Source: Octopus vulgaris
Lineage: Eukaryota
DNA length: 64,000 nucleotides
NCBI GenBank assembly: GCA_951406725.2
Contig: OX597841.1
Span: forward strand, 26,350,001-26,414,000
Direction of reading: 5' to 3'
The translations under genes and the position numbers were made by a program. The notes beneath the pieces are model-generated. The model was not told the origin of the DNA. It was given only the letters and a program-made list of their open reading frames with translations, and made no database searches. Below, piece by piece: positions 12,471 to 27,520 of the stretch. Every line of letters begins with the position of its first letter. Position 1 is the stretch's first letter.

Positions 12471-12827
12471 TCCTCGTTCATTTATTAATATATGTTGTGC
12501 GTGTGTATATGAATAGTCCTGAGGACCAAATCACCAGAAGGCCCATCTTTAATGATTCCTCTCTTCAAATGGCCAGTGCGGCCCTGAGCTGGTCATCGGG
12601 TTGCTGAATAGTGTGTTACTGTCTGCATACTCCTGGTGGGTGAGGTGGTTGTTCCCGAAGGGTAATTAGATAATCGATGACACAGACGAAGAGGTCCGGC
12701 GTGGTCACGTTGGCTGGGACACGTCGGGTTAGGCCACGTTCCGGGCGGCAACGTCGGGGGCGGCCACGTCGGAGGCGGCCACGCAGCCCTGTCTAACTCC
12801 GCTTTTGATGCGGAACTAGTTCAGAGT

Positions 12828-13219
12828 GTGGAGGCGCAATGGCCCAGTGGTTAGGGTAGCGAACTCGCGGTCATAGGATCGCGGTTTCGATTCCCAGACC
12901 GGGCGTTGTGAGTGTTTATTGAGCGAAAACACCTAAAAAAGCTCCACGAGGCTCCGGCAGGGGATGGTGGTGATCCCTGCTGTACTCTTTCACCACAACT
13001 TTCTCTCACTCTTACTTCCTGTTTCTGTTGTACCTGTATGTCAAGGGGCCGGCCTTGTCACTCTCTGTGTCACGCTGAATATCCCCAAGAACTACGTTAA
13101 GGGTACACGTGTCTGTGGAGTGCTCAGCCACTGACACGTTAATTTCACGAACAGGCTGTTCCGTTGATTCGGATCGACCGGAACCCTCGTCGTCGTAACC
13201 GACGGAGTGCTTCCATCCC
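12828..13219 (+). mobile_element. SINE family B, full length
   Basis: Matches 3512-3907; 10-bp TSD AGTTCAGAGT at 12818-12827 and 13220-13229. Confidence 0.9.
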
Positions 13220-13504
13220 AGTTCAGAGTCCTTCTCGTTCATTCGCAACGTATAGTGCGTGTGTGTATATGAATAGTTCTGAGGATGGCGCTTTACGCAG
13301 TTGACCCAAACATTAAAGCCTGCCTGATACGTCATACGTCATAATCTAACAGGCTTGCTTCTGCGTTCTTGAAATTTTGAGCAATCCGTAAACTGGTGTT
13401 ACAAACTGCTAATAAAAATATATAAGCACCATGGCACGTGTTTCGTGTTTCCATTCGTTTGTACAGCCTTATGTTTCCACACACACACACACACACACAC
13501 ATAC

Positions 13505-13592
<88 letters not shown>

Positions 13593-14057
13593 TAGTGTAG
13601 GTCTTATGAAGTGTTTTTGTTGGAAATTACTGGAGAACATGAACACAAACATAGTTCAAAGACGGGTATAATATATACATACCTACGTAGATATACACAT
13701 ACATACATACATACATACATACATACATACAAACATGCACATATAAATACGTATATTTTTATATATATGTATGTATATATGTGTATGTATGTATATATAT
13801 ATATATATGCGAATATATGTATATACGTGTGTATATATATATATATGCGTATATATGTATGTATGTATATATATATATATATGTATATATACACACATTT
13901 ATGTGACTGAATATGTGTGAGTATACGTATATGTACATATTGTGTGTGTATATATATGTATGTATGTACGTATGTATATACGTATATATGTGTATACGTA
14001 TATACGTCTATATGCGTGTGTATATATATATATATATATGTGTGTGTGAATATACGT

Positions 14058-14113
<56 letters not shown>

Positions 14114-14606
14114 ACACACACACATATATATACACGTACGCACGTACTCATATAAACACCTACAATTACCTGCTTGCCGCTCACATAAAAGCCTAGAACT
14201 CGTTTTGGCGTAATGGCGGAGTGTGGAGGGGAGTTCAGGCCTCTGTTTCACATTGAAACTAGGTGTCGGAACTGTTGTTTCGCTTAATTTCGGTTGAAGA
14301 ATGGAACGAATGTCTATGAGGCATCGAACGGACCATTAAAATTGTGCCCCAGTTCTCCAGCCTCTCACCGATTCCCCACCATTCCGTTTTGAAGACTGGC
14401 AGGTGGGGAAAAGAAGAACTTGCGTATTTTTGCCTAAATCTGTGTGTGTGTGTGTGTGTGTGTGTGCATATATATATTTATACACAAACACACACACACA
14501 CACACATATATATATTTACTTATAAACAAACACACGCATACACATGCATGCATGCATGCATGCATACATACATATATACATACATACATACATACATATA
14601 TATATG

Positions 14607-14675
<69 letters not shown>

Positions 14676-14679
14676 CCTT

Positions 14680-15400
<721 letters not shown>

Positions 15401-15424
15401 CAGTCACCGGCATATGTGGCCGGT

Positions 15425-16034
15425 GACTGAAGTCACCAGCATATGTGGTCGGTTCCAGAAATTCCGAGCCAGAAACTACAGCCTAGAAGATGAGCCTTGT
15501 CATGAAAGATCTGCAGAGCTCAATGAGGACGTCCTGCAAACCCTGGTGGAAGAAAGTACCATTGTTACTATGGAGGAGCTAGAGAAACTTGGGTTCGGTC
15601 ATTCAACCATCCATTAACATCTGACCTAGAAGGAAAACGACCATCTTTGCCTTCGAGACGAAAGTTGTTCTTCCATCAGGATAATGCTCGGCTACACACA
15701 AAAGAAAGACATTCCAAAGGCTGGAGCAGTTTGAATGGGAAGCGATGCCCCATCCACCATAATCGCCGGGCATTTCCTCGTCTGATTATCATTCATTCCG
15801 TAGTTTTCAAAATCATTTGGAGAAAAAAAAAAAAAAAAAGAATTTTGTAGACGAGGTCAGAACAGTACTGGAGGAGTATTTTTCGTCACGGACAAGTGAA
15901 TCTTGGAAGAGGAGCCTTGCAAGTCTACCAGATAGATGGAAGAGCATTGTAGGAAGTGGAGTGTTTATCGTAATTTTGAAAAATAAAAGAATTATAAAAA
16001 AAAAAAACTGCATTATTTATGCGATGACCCAGTA
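15425..16034 (+). pseudogene. mariner (DD34D) transposase relic with right end
   Basis: RFQKFRARNYSLEDEP, FHQDNARLHT, decayed YSPDxAPSDY, LPDRWKSIV; internal deletion; same family as 50985-51815. Confidence 0.85.
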
Positions 16035-16039
16035 TATAT

Positions 16040-16262
16040 ACTCTTTACTCTTTACTCTTTTACTTGTTTCAGTCATTTAACTGCGGCCAGGCTGGAGCAT
16101 CGCCTTTAGTCGAGCAAATTGCCCTCAGGACTTATTCTTTGTAAGCCTAGTACTTATTCTATCGGACACTTTTGCCGAACCGCTAAGTTACGGGGACTTA
16201 AACACACCAGCATCGGTTGTCAAGCGATGTTGGAGGGACAAACACATAAACATATACACACA

Positions 16263-16322
<60 letters not shown>

Positions 16323-16683
16323 TCGCCATGATAGATCGTTAGCCACTACACACATATTTTTCTCTCCTTGTTTTTTCTGTGTCCCTTTCTGTAGAAGAGC
16401 GTAGGCTCGAAACGTAAAAGACATTTTCAGTTCCTGAGCGTTATACTAATACATCTGTTTGTTTTGTACACCACATGTCTTCGTCTTTTGTTTTATTCGT
16501 AAACTCTCCTATTTATATAAATACGACGGGCTTCTTTCAGTTTCCGCCTAAGAAATCCTCTCAAGGCTTTGGTCGGCAAGAGGCTATAATAAAAGGCATT
16601 TGACCAAGGTTGACCAGTGGGAATGAACGCGGAACCATGTTGTTTGTAAGCAAGCTACTTACCACACAACCACTCCTACGCCT
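16040..16683 (-). mobile_element. SINE family A with a hammerhead-bearing insert (16320-16512) in its microsatellite
   Basis: Tail 16040-16250, head 16522-16683. Confidence 0.85.
16382..16422 (+). ncRNA. minimal type I hammerhead ribozyme-like motif (second copy)
   Basis: CTTT-CTGTAGAA-GAGC(GTAG)GCTC-GAA-ACGT-A-AAAG. Confidence 0.6.
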
Positions 16684-16732
16684 GTGTAAGGAAGATTTAA
16701 AAAATATGTTTTATGTTCTTTATTTATAACTT

Positions 16733-17131
16733 ACTCTCTCTCTCTTTTACTCTTTTACTTGTTTCAGTCATTTGACTGCGGCCATGCTGGAGCACCGCCT
16801 TTAGTCGAGCAAATCGACCCCGGGACTTATTCTTTGTAAGCCCAGTACTTATTCTATCGGTCTCTTTTGCCGAACCGCTACGTGACGGGGACATAACCAC
16901 ACCAGCATCGGTTGTCAAGCAATGCTAGGGGGACAAACACATACGCACACACTTATATACATATATACGACAGGCTTCTTTCAGTTTCCGTCTACCAAAT
17001 CCACTCACAAGGCTTTGGTCGGCCCGGGGCTATAGCAGAAGACACTTGCCCAAGATGGCACGCAGTGGGTCTGAACCCGGAACCATGTGGTTGGTTAGCA
17101 AGCTACTTACCACACAGCCACTCCTGCGCCT
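16733..17131 (-). mobile_element. SINE family A
   Basis: Full length, short internal microsatellite. Confidence 0.9.
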
Positions 17132-17595
17132 TAGCTATCATTAGCTATCATTGTGATGCACTTTTAAATGACGTTCGATTTGTGTCCACTTCTTATGTGG
17201 TTCATGTGGCGATTTTTCGTAAATCAAAATCAAAATCTGCATTTATCGATTCGCTCTGTGTTTAGTTTTTTGACGCCCACCACGACCACCACCACCACGC
17301 TTTCGTTTAGTAAGCGGATACACCATGTACCAAGCATTAACGAACGCAAAATTAGTGAAGACTGGCACTTTAAACGAAGGTCAAACGCAATGACTGCTGC
17401 AGTATGTATGCAAGTGTGTATGTGTGTATGTATGTATATCTCTTCTATTTATTAATTATAAGTCTTTCCCTGAGGAGGGAGCCGGTTTCCAACCAAGAGG
17501 CAAGGCTCCATCTTTCAGATGTAGTTAACACAGACAAATTCACATTTGGAGCTTGAGAAAATTCTGTCATATTTTTACTGTTCCATTCACAGTAA

Positions 17596-18245
17596 AGCAA
17601 AGTCGACCTCGGCGGAATTTGAACGCAAGACGTAGCGGCAGAGGAAATACCTATTTCTTTATCACCCACAAGGGGCTAAACACAGAGTGGACAAACAAGG
17701 ACAGACATAGGTATTAAGTCGATTACATCGACCCCAGTGTGTAACTGGTACTTATTTAATCGACCCCGAAAGGATGAAAGGCAAAGTCGACCTCAGCGGA
17801 ATTTGTACTCAGAACGTAACGACAGACGAAATACCCATTTCTTTATTACCCACAAGGGGCTAAACATAGAAGGGACAAACAAGGACAGACATAGGTATTA
17901 AGTCGATTACATCGACCCCAGTGCGGAACTGGTACTTATTTAATCGACCCCGAAAAGATGAAAGGCAAAGTCGACCTCGGCGGAATTTGAACTCAGGACA
18001 TAACGATAGACGAAATACCTATTTGTTTATTACCCACAAGGGGCTAAACATAGAAGGGACAAACAAGGACAGACATAGGTATTAGGTCGATTACATCGAC
18101 CCCAGTGCGTAACTGGTACTTAATTTATCGACCCCTAAAGGATGAAAGGTAAAGTCGACCTCGGCGGAATTTGAACTCACAACGTAACGGCAGACGAAAT
18201 ACCGCTAAGCATTTCGCCTGGCGTGCAAACGATTCTGCCACGGCC
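17596..18245 (-). repeat. SINE family C head-to-tail multimer, 184-bp period
   Basis: AAAGGYAAAG at 17777, 17961 and 18145; only the 5'-most unit has the tRNA head. Confidence 0.9.
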
Positions 18246-18938
18246 TCCAGACGACATTGGAATTTGTTGCAACTCTTTTGGACGGTTGGTGAATGCTGCC
18301 ATAATCCTTGCCTTCAGTTCATATTTGGTCTCTCGCACAACTGCGCTTCACACATAATAATCGAAGGGATTGCCGTCTGGGGAGTTAGGTGGCCAGATGT
18401 TGCGGGTGATGTGGTCACAAAATTGTCTGACAGCCATGACTGGGTTCCTCTGCTCGTGGGGCATGGACCAGAGTCCTGTTGCCAGACATAGGGTCTTCCA
18501 GCAATTACCCTCTCGACCCAGGACAGCACTACTTCCTCTAAGCACTTGATGTAGGCTTCCGTGTTGAGTTTGAGACTGTGGGAAGATGAATGGAGACATA
18601 ACGTTGCCATCACTTGTGATCACACCAAACACCATGATGTTCACTGGATGTTTGATTTTTATCACTCTCAATACATGTCCTCAGATTGCACTGTCCTCAC
18701 ATTAACAGCCAAACACTCTGAAATGTCCGTATTGGAGTTTCCGGTGTAAATACCTAGCAGTACAGCATGTCTTTTCCAAATTCCTGGCAGGGTGAATGGC
18801 GTACTGGTATTGTTTTTTCTCACAGACGGTGCCCAACAAGCCCTACTATACTCTGTAGTCGACAAGTTCAAAACAAGCAAAGCGCATGCGCGAAATTAAT
18901 AATATAAAATGGCGACAATTAACCCATCGCAACCAGTG
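18246..18938 (-). pseudogene. maT / DD37D transposase relic
   Basis: KHPVNIMVFGVITSDG, YVWQQDSGPC and WPPNSPDGNPFDYYV, with 37 residues between the two aspartates after frameshift correction; ends at TA 18939-18940. Confidence 0.85.
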
Positions 18939-19096
18939 TATATATGCATGCCGACAGAGATCAAAGCATTGACCCAAATACACATGTTTCAATAGATATC
19001 TACTTGCGTTGAGGCAGGTATGTGCAGGGTGGAATGCATCTGTGTGGCTGTGTGTATGCATGAATCTATGTATCTTTATGTATGTATGTATATATA

Positions 19097-19652
<556 letters not shown>

Positions 19653-19659
19653 AAAAAGG

Positions 19660-20748
19660 GTAAATAACCCACTTCCTTGAAGGCAACAGACTGCTGAACC
19701 CCAACCAATATGGGTTCCGTAATCGAAGGAACTGCCTAACGCAGCTTCTGCATCACTTTCATGACATTTTGAGAGCTTTGGGAGAGGGCTCCAATACCGG
19801 TGTCATCTACATTGATTTCAGCAAGGCCTTTGACAGGGTTGATCCTCTTGAAAAAAACTATCCAATATCATTCATCATCATCATTGTTCGACCGTGGTCG
19901 AGACAATGGAATTTACCATGCTACGCCAGACCTCACGGTCCATCATGGCATCACGGAGGTCCTGTTGCTGGATGCCTGTATCCCTGGAGATTACATCAGG
20001 GTAGGAGAGTGTGCGCCCTCTGGTATTGCGAGCAGATGGCTTCCAGAGGAGAAGAGTAGAAATTACTTCTTTTTCAGCTCTACAACAATGTCCAGCAAAC
20101 TGGACTCTCCTACCCTTCACAAGAGATGACACAGGTGGCAGCTTCCAATATACCTGCACTTTGGTTGGATGGCGCTTCCACGAGAGATTTTGAGCTCTCA
20201 TAAGGAGGCGAGTGTAGGTTCCATCCAACCGCCTCTCAAGCTTCTTTGATAACGTCCAGGTTTCTGAGCCATATAGTAGAATGATCCAACATAGTGTCTC
20301 CGAAAAGTTACTACAATGGATCAAGTGTTTCCTAACAGACAGAACCCAACAGATTGTAGTCGAAAGAGTAAAATCAATCCCAGCCAAAGTCAGTAGCGAT
20401 GTTCCACAAAGAACCTTGTTGGGCCCCACTTCTTTTCATCATCTACATCAATGACATTACTGACATCACCAAGCACAGCAACATAAGAATCTTTGCAGAT
20501 GATTCCAAGATCCAGAAGGTGATCAATGAAGTGGGCCATCGGCCATGCCTTCAGTCAGATCTACTGGCTGTCATCCAACGGGCGGAAAAGAGTAATATGC
20601 TGCTGAGCGAGGATGAATTTGGGTTAATCCACTTCGGAAAAGAGGATACCTTGAAACTCTCATACTCCTTCAGGTGAAACTCTCATGGCATCCAACAACA
20701 TCAAAGACTTCGGAGTAGTTGTGGACAGCAACATAAGCTGGGCCGCTC
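19660..20748 (+). pseudogene. CR1-group LINE reverse-transcriptase fragment, interrupted by an RTE element
   Basis: QYGFRNRRNCLTQLL, VIYIDFSKAFDRVD, PLLFIIYINDI, IFADDSKI; frameshifts. Confidence 0.85.
19868..20283 (-). mobile_element. 5'-truncated RTE LINE 3' end
   Basis: ILLYGSETWTLSKKLERRLDGTYTRLL...FAGHCCR...DREVWR, stop, then (TGA)n tail; imperfect TSD ATCCAAYAT. Confidence 0.9.
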
Positions 20749-20845
20749 ATATATATATATATATATGTATGTGTGTGTATGTGCATGTAGCTTTGGATGG
20801 CTATATGCGTCCATAGGTATATTTGTGTGTGTGTATATATACATA

Positions 20846-20912
<67 letters not shown>

Positions 20913-20932
20913 CTGTATATGTATACATGTAT

Positions 20933-20980
<48 letters not shown>

Positions 20981-21217
20981 ATACACGCATATATATATAT
21001 ATATATATATATATAGATGTATATACGTATAGGTGTATATATATATATATAGATGTATATACGTATAGGTGTATATATATATATATATATATGTTTATAT
21101 GTATGTATAGGTGTGTGTATATATAGGTGTATATGTGTACGTGTATATATGTGTATATATATATATATATACACACACACATATGTATGTTTTTATATGT
21201 ATATGTGTAAATGTATG

Positions 21218-21304
<87 letters not shown>

Positions 21305-21675
21305 ATATACAAACACACGCACTCACAACAGTGTATGTCGCACCACTGCCAGACAATCCAATCAACGTCCCACCATGCCAGTCAGGCAGATGTCCAGGAA
21401 CAACAGCGCCGCCTCCACGACCACCACCACCAAAACAGTCACCAACACCATCACCAGCAGAAGCGGCAACACCATTACCACCACTACCTCTACGAGTAAC
21501 AACATCGCCTCTACTACAGACACCGCCACCAGTGCCACCGCCGGTACCAACAGCACTGTCACCACCACCACTACCACTGGATATACCACTATTATCATGG
21601 TAGCTACACCTGTTAGAAACACCAGCCAAATCTCCCTCAAATCACCATCTATTGTCTTATGTATGTGTATATGTA

Positions 21676-23190
21676 TGTATGAGCCAATGAAGGAGACCTA
21701 TACGTGGTAGCTAGACCTGGTAGAAATAGCAGGCAAATCTCCCTCAAATCACGGTCTTCTCTCTTATGTATGTACGTATATATATATATGTATGAGCCAA
21801 CGAGGGATACCTATACGTGGTAGGTAGACTTGGTAGAAATAGCAGGCAAATCTCCCTCAAATCACGGCTTTCTCTCTTATGTATGTACGTATATATATAT
21901 ATGTATGAGCCAACGAGGGATACCTATACGTGGTAGGTAGACTTGGTAGAAATAGCAGGCAAATCTCCCTCAAATCACGGTCTTCTCTCTTATGTATGTA
22001 CGTATATATATATATGTATGAGCCAACGAGGGATACCTATACGTGGTAGGTAGACTTGGTAGAAATAGCAGGCAAATCTCCCTCAAATCACGGTCTTCTC
22101 TCTTATGTATGTACGTATATATATATATGTATGAGCCAACGAGGGATACCTATACGTGGTAGGTAGACTTGGTAGAAATAGCAGGCAAATCTCCCTCAAA
22201 TCACGGCCTTCTCTCTTATGTATGTACGTATATATATATATGTATGAGCCAACGAGGGATACCTATACGTGGTAGGTAGACTTGGTAGAAATAGCAGGCA
22301 AATCTCCCTCAAATCACGGTCTTCTCTCTTATGTATGTACGTATATATATATGTATGAGCCAACGAGGGATACCTATACGTGGTAGGTAGACTTGGTAGA
22401 AATAGCAGGCAAATCTCCCTCAAATCACGGTCTTCTCTCTTTGTATGTATGTATGTATGTATGTATGAGCCAATGAGGGAGACCTGTACGTGATAGCTAG
22501 ATCTGGTATAAACAGCAGGCAAATCTCCCTCAAATCACGGCCTTCTCTCTTATGTATATATATATATATATATGTATGAGCCAACGAGGGATACCTATAC
22601 GTGGTAGGTAGACTTGGTAGAAATAGCAGGCAAATCTCCCTCAAATCACGGCCTTCTCTCTTATGTATGTACGTATATATATATATATGTATGAGCCAAC
22701 GAGGGATACCTATACGTGGTAGGTAGACTTGGTAGAAATAGCAGGCAAATCTCCTTCAAATCACGGCCTTCTCTCTTATGTATGTACGTATATATATATA
22801 TGTATGAGCCAACGAGGGATACCTATACGTGGTAGGTAGACTTGGTAGAAATAGCAGGCAAATCTCCCTCAAATCACGGTCTTCTCTCTTTGTATGTATG
22901 TATGTATGTATGTATGTATGTATGTATGTATGAGCCAATGAGGGAGACCTGTACGTGATAGCTAGATCTGGTATAAACAGCAGGCAAATCTCCCTCAAAT
23001 CACGGCCTTCTCTCTTATGTATGTATGTATATATATATATGTATGAGCCAATGAGGGATACCTATACGTGGTAGGTAGATCTGGTAGAAATAGCAGGCAA
23101 ATCTCCATCACATCACAGCCTTCTGTCTTGTGTATGTATATATGTTTGTATGAACCAATGAGAGCAGCCAAATCTCCCTCAAATTACAGT
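21676..23190. repeat. ~115-120-bp satellite, about 13 units
   Basis: Unit GTATGAGCCAACGAGGGATACCTATACGTGGTAGGTAGACTTGGTAGAAATAGCAGGCAAATCTCCCTCAAATCACGG...; related units at 11200-11380, 58525-58830, 59745-60740, 62460-62545. Confidence 0.95.
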
Positions 23191-23354
23191 CTTACTGTCT
23201 TGGAATAGATTGGCTTCTTTCTGCAAATGGGAAAGCCAGGATGGCCACGGTTAGACAGCTTTTCTACGAACAGAAATACAAGAAGCAAAATCGCTACAGG
23301 TTACTTCACACCACTGCACCTCTAAATGTACCCGTAACAAATCTGCCCCCCCCC

Positions 23355-23741
23355 CCCGATTAGTATCATCTTCATCGTCATCATCATCATCGTCGTCATC
23401 ATCGTCTTTGTCGTCGTCATCGTCACCATTGTCATCATCATCATCATTACCACCATGACCACCACGACGACGATGACGACGACGACGACGACCACCACCA
23501 CCACCATCATCATCATCATCTCCATCTTTGTTGTCTTCACTATCATCATCATCGTCACAAAAGCAGCCATGAGATCCGCGTCCACCACCGCCATAATGAC
23601 TATCGCCGCCACCACCACCACCACGACCACCACCCCAACACTATCCCCCAATACCATTGAGCCCCCCTCCACACCTAAAGCATCACCATTGATGCCATTC
23701 CTGTTATTATGAATACCATGGCTGTCACCACCACCACCACC

Positions 23742-23772
<31 letters not shown>

Positions 23773-24385
23773 ACACCACCACCACCGCTATCGAGACTCA
23801 CACCATCGTTTCCACCATCACAGTGACCACCGCCACCACATCACCATCATCACCATCATCACCACCATCATCATCATCACCACATCCACGACCACCACGA
23901 CCAACAACACAACCACCACAACCACCATTACCACCACTACCACCACAACTACCAGCACCACTACTACCACACGCACCTCTACATTCATCGCTACCACAAC
24001 CGCCACTATCACCACTACAACCACCAACACCGACACCACCACCACCATCATCATCACCACCTCCCAAACTATCACCATCACAACAATCACCACCATTGCC
24101 ACCCCCACCATCATCATCATCTTCAACACAATCACTACCACCATAACTAGCACCAACACCACAACCAATATTCTTATTACCCCACCACCACCACCACCAC
24201 CACCACCACCCACCACCACCACCACCACCCACTACCACCACTTACCACATCTCCCATGATCACCACCACCACCACCACCGGCACGTACCACATCTCCCAT
24301 GATCACCACCACCACCACCACCACGACCACCACCACCACGACCACCACCACCACCACTACCACCACCACCACTACTTAACCATCA
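23355..24385. repeat. (CAC/CAT)n low-complexity region
   Basis: Seen directly; similar tracts at 21340-21600 and 52450-53470. Confidence 0.9.
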
Positions 24386-24623
24386 AAAACCAGCAAGCCC
24401 TTTGTTGTTACGCTTTGGTAGAAGATAGATGAGCTGAGGAATTTTCGGTTTGGGTCCATTCCAAGACTTCTCTGTATATTGGTTTGGTTAGGCGCGCGTG
24501 TATGTGTGTGTGTGTGTGTGTGTCTGTGTGTGTATAGATATACTCATTTATATAATATGAAAAAATATATTATATAAACATATGCATATATAGATATGTA
24601 GGATATGCGTGTATATATATATA

Positions 24624-24677
<54 letters not shown>

Positions 24678-24734
24678 TATACACATTTTATGTATTTAGG
24701 CATACGCGTTTTAAGCCTTTGTAATTATATATAT

Positions 24735-24822
<88 letters not shown>

Positions 24823-24911
24823 GAATATATTTTATTTATATGTCTATATATTTATACATATGCGTATAACTATAAGCGTGAGTTTTGCACATACACTCAT
24901 GTAATGTGTAT

Positions 24912-24990
<79 letters not shown>

Positions 24991-25055
24991 TGTGTGTGTA
25001 TGTTTGTGAATATATATACATATATTTATTGAGTGTATATATGTATGTATGTATG

Positions 25056-25105
<50 letters not shown>

Positions 25106-25554
25106 TGTATGTATATATATATATGAATGTATGTATATATATATATATATGAATGTATCTATATATATATATATGAATGTATGTATATATATATATATAT
25201 GAATGTATGTATATATGATATGAATCGTATTTATATTTATGAGGTATATATAGTTACGAAGCAGTAAAAAAAGTGATGCATATATATTAGTATATAAATC
25301 GTATGTATCTGCATTAGAATGTCTGTTTAAATGGATCTCCGTCACTCACAACGATGAATATGGCAAGAATAGAATGAGCTAAACTGCCTTATTAAATTAT
25401 ATCGGCAGTGGCTGAGTGCTCCGTGTACACATGTACTCGTCTTCACCAGAGTGATTATAACATTATATGTAACTGGGTTGCCGTTTTAGAATTTCTGGTA
25501 GAATGCACTGGGTGGCTCCATATGAATTCAGCCAAAATTTTAAAAGATTTTGCA

Positions 25555-25647
25555 CGGGCATGTGTCTTCTGCTATAGCCCCGGGCCGACCAATGCCTTGT
25601 GAGTGGATTTGGTAGACGGAAACTGAAAGACGCCTGTCGTATATATG

Positions 25648-25684
<37 letters not shown>

Positions 25685-25898
25685 TTGTGTGTCTGTGTTT
25701 GTCCCCCTAGCATTGCTTGACAACCGATGCTGGTGTGTTTACGTTCCCGTCACATAACGGTTCGGCAAAAGAGATCCGATAGAATAAGTACTGGGCTTAG
25801 AAAAGAATAAGTCCCGGGGTCGATTTGATCGACTAAAGGCGGTGCTACAGCATGGCCGCAGTCAAATGACTGAAACAAGTAAAAGAGTAAAAAGAGAG
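25555..25898 (+). mobile_element. SINE family A, 5'-truncated
   Basis: Runs from GGGCATGTGTCTTCTGC to the GTAAAAGAG tail. Confidence 0.85.
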
Positions 25899-26059
25899 TG
25901 ACCGACTCAAATTTTGGGTGGAATTTCGAACGAATGAAATTTGATTATATACGAGGAAGAGTCAAAAATTATACGCATTCTCGTTGTTTTTTTTTTTCAA
26001 TGTATTGACGCAAAAGCCGAGGATAGAGAAATACGTCACTTTTTCTATTCTTTTTTTTT

Positions 26060-26818
26060 ACTCTTTTTCACTTGTTTCAGTCAGTTGACTGCGGCCATGC
26101 TGGAGCACCGCCTTTAGTCGATCCAATCGACCCCGGGACTTATTCTTTGTAAGCCCAGTACTTATTCTATCGGTCTCTTTTTGCCGAACCGCTAATTGAC
26201 GGGGACGTAAACACACCAGCATCGGTTGTCAAGCAATACTAGGGGGACAAACACAGACACACAAACACACACACACATACATATATAAAGGGTAAAGACC
26301 CCCTTCGGTCATGAATGACCATGGGATTGCACCTAGAAAGTTACCCTCCCAGACACAAGTCCGGGCAGGGTTGTTTATGGAAGACCAGCAGTCGCCCATG
26401 CATACCAGCTTCCCCTCTCCACGCCACCAGTGTTATCCAAGGGAAAGACAAAGGTCGATACAGCTTGGAACCATTGACGTCGCAACTCATTTTTACAGCT
26501 GAGTGAACTGGAGCAACGTGAAATAAAGTGCCTTGCTCGAGAACACAACACGCAGCCTGGTCCGGGATTTGAGCTCACAACCTCACGATCGTAAGCTCGA
26601 CGGTCTAACCACTGAGCCATGCGCCTTCACATACATATACATATATACATATTTACGACGGGCTTCTTTCAGTTTCCGTCTACCAAATCCACTCACAAGG
26701 CATTGGTCGGCCCGAGACTATAGCAGAAGACACTTGCCCAAGATGCCACGCAGTGGGACTGAACCCGGAACCATGTGGTTGGTTAGCAAGCTACTTACCA
26801 CACAGCCACTCCTGCGCT
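26060..26818 (-). mobile_element. SINE family A with nested SINE family E
   Basis: Tail 26060-26280, head 26655-26818. Confidence 0.85.
26287..26630 (-). mobile_element. tRNA-headed SINE, family E
   Basis: GTGAAGGCGCATGGCTCAGTGGTTAGA head; CACGTTGCTCCAGT body shared with family D; different 3' tail ending CTTTACCCTTTA. Confidence 0.8.
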
Positions 26819-26837
26819 TATATAGTCTCTTTCTTTA

Positions 26838-27068
26838 AGGCGGCGAACTGGCAGAAACGTTAGCACGCCGGGCGAAATGCGTAGCCGTATTTCGTCTGCC
26901 GTTACGTTCTGAGTTCAAATTCCGCCGAGGTCGACTTAACCTTTCATCCTTTCGGTGTCGATAAATTAAGTACCAGTTACGCACTGGGGTCGATGTAATC
27001 GACTAAATCCATCCGTCTGTCCTTGTTTCGTTCCCTCTGTGTTTAGCCCCTTGTGGATAGTAAAAAAA
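26838..27068 (+). mobile_element. SINE family C monomer
   Basis: Full head and tail; TATAGTCTC present on both sides. Confidence 0.9.
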
Positions 27069-27289
27069 TTTATATAGTCTCCTTCTTTTCCGATGCACTC
27101 GGTCCAGCGGTCCACACGCTTGCGTATTCCTTCCAAGAAGAAGGTTTTCGGTCGGTCGCGCAACCATTTATGCAGCGTTTCCTTCACATCTCCATCCGTA
27201 GGAAATCGACGACCTCGTAAACCACCTTTGAGCGGTCCAAAGATATGACAGCCAGAAGGCGAGATCTGGGCTGTAGTGAAGCGTGTTCT

Positions 27290-27520
27290 TATTTCTTTAC
27301 TACCCACAAGGGGCTAAACATAGAGGAGACAATCAAGGACAGACAAAGGGATTAAGTCGATTACATCGACCCCAGTGCGTAACTGGTACTTAATTTATCG
27401 ACCCCCGAAAGGATGAAAGGCCAAGTGACCTCGGCGGAATTTGAACTCAGAACGCAGCGACGGACGAAATACCACAAAGCATTTCGCCCGGCGTGCTAAC
27501 GTTTCTGCCAGCTCGCCACC
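27290..27520 (-). mobile_element. SINE family C monomer
   Basis: 16-bp TSD TAGTGAAGCGTGTTCT at 27274-27289 and 27521-27536. Confidence 0.92.

Noticed and set aside
12828-12905. tRNA gene-like sequences at SINE heads
   Set aside because: A/B boxes are present but continue into SINE bodies with TSDs; no convincing acceptor stem or pol III terminator
21676-23190. CRISPR-like repeat-spacer appearance of the satellite and the 184-bp arrays
   Set aside because: Whole units repeat, spacers are only microsatellite length variants, there are no cas genes, and the context is eukaryotic
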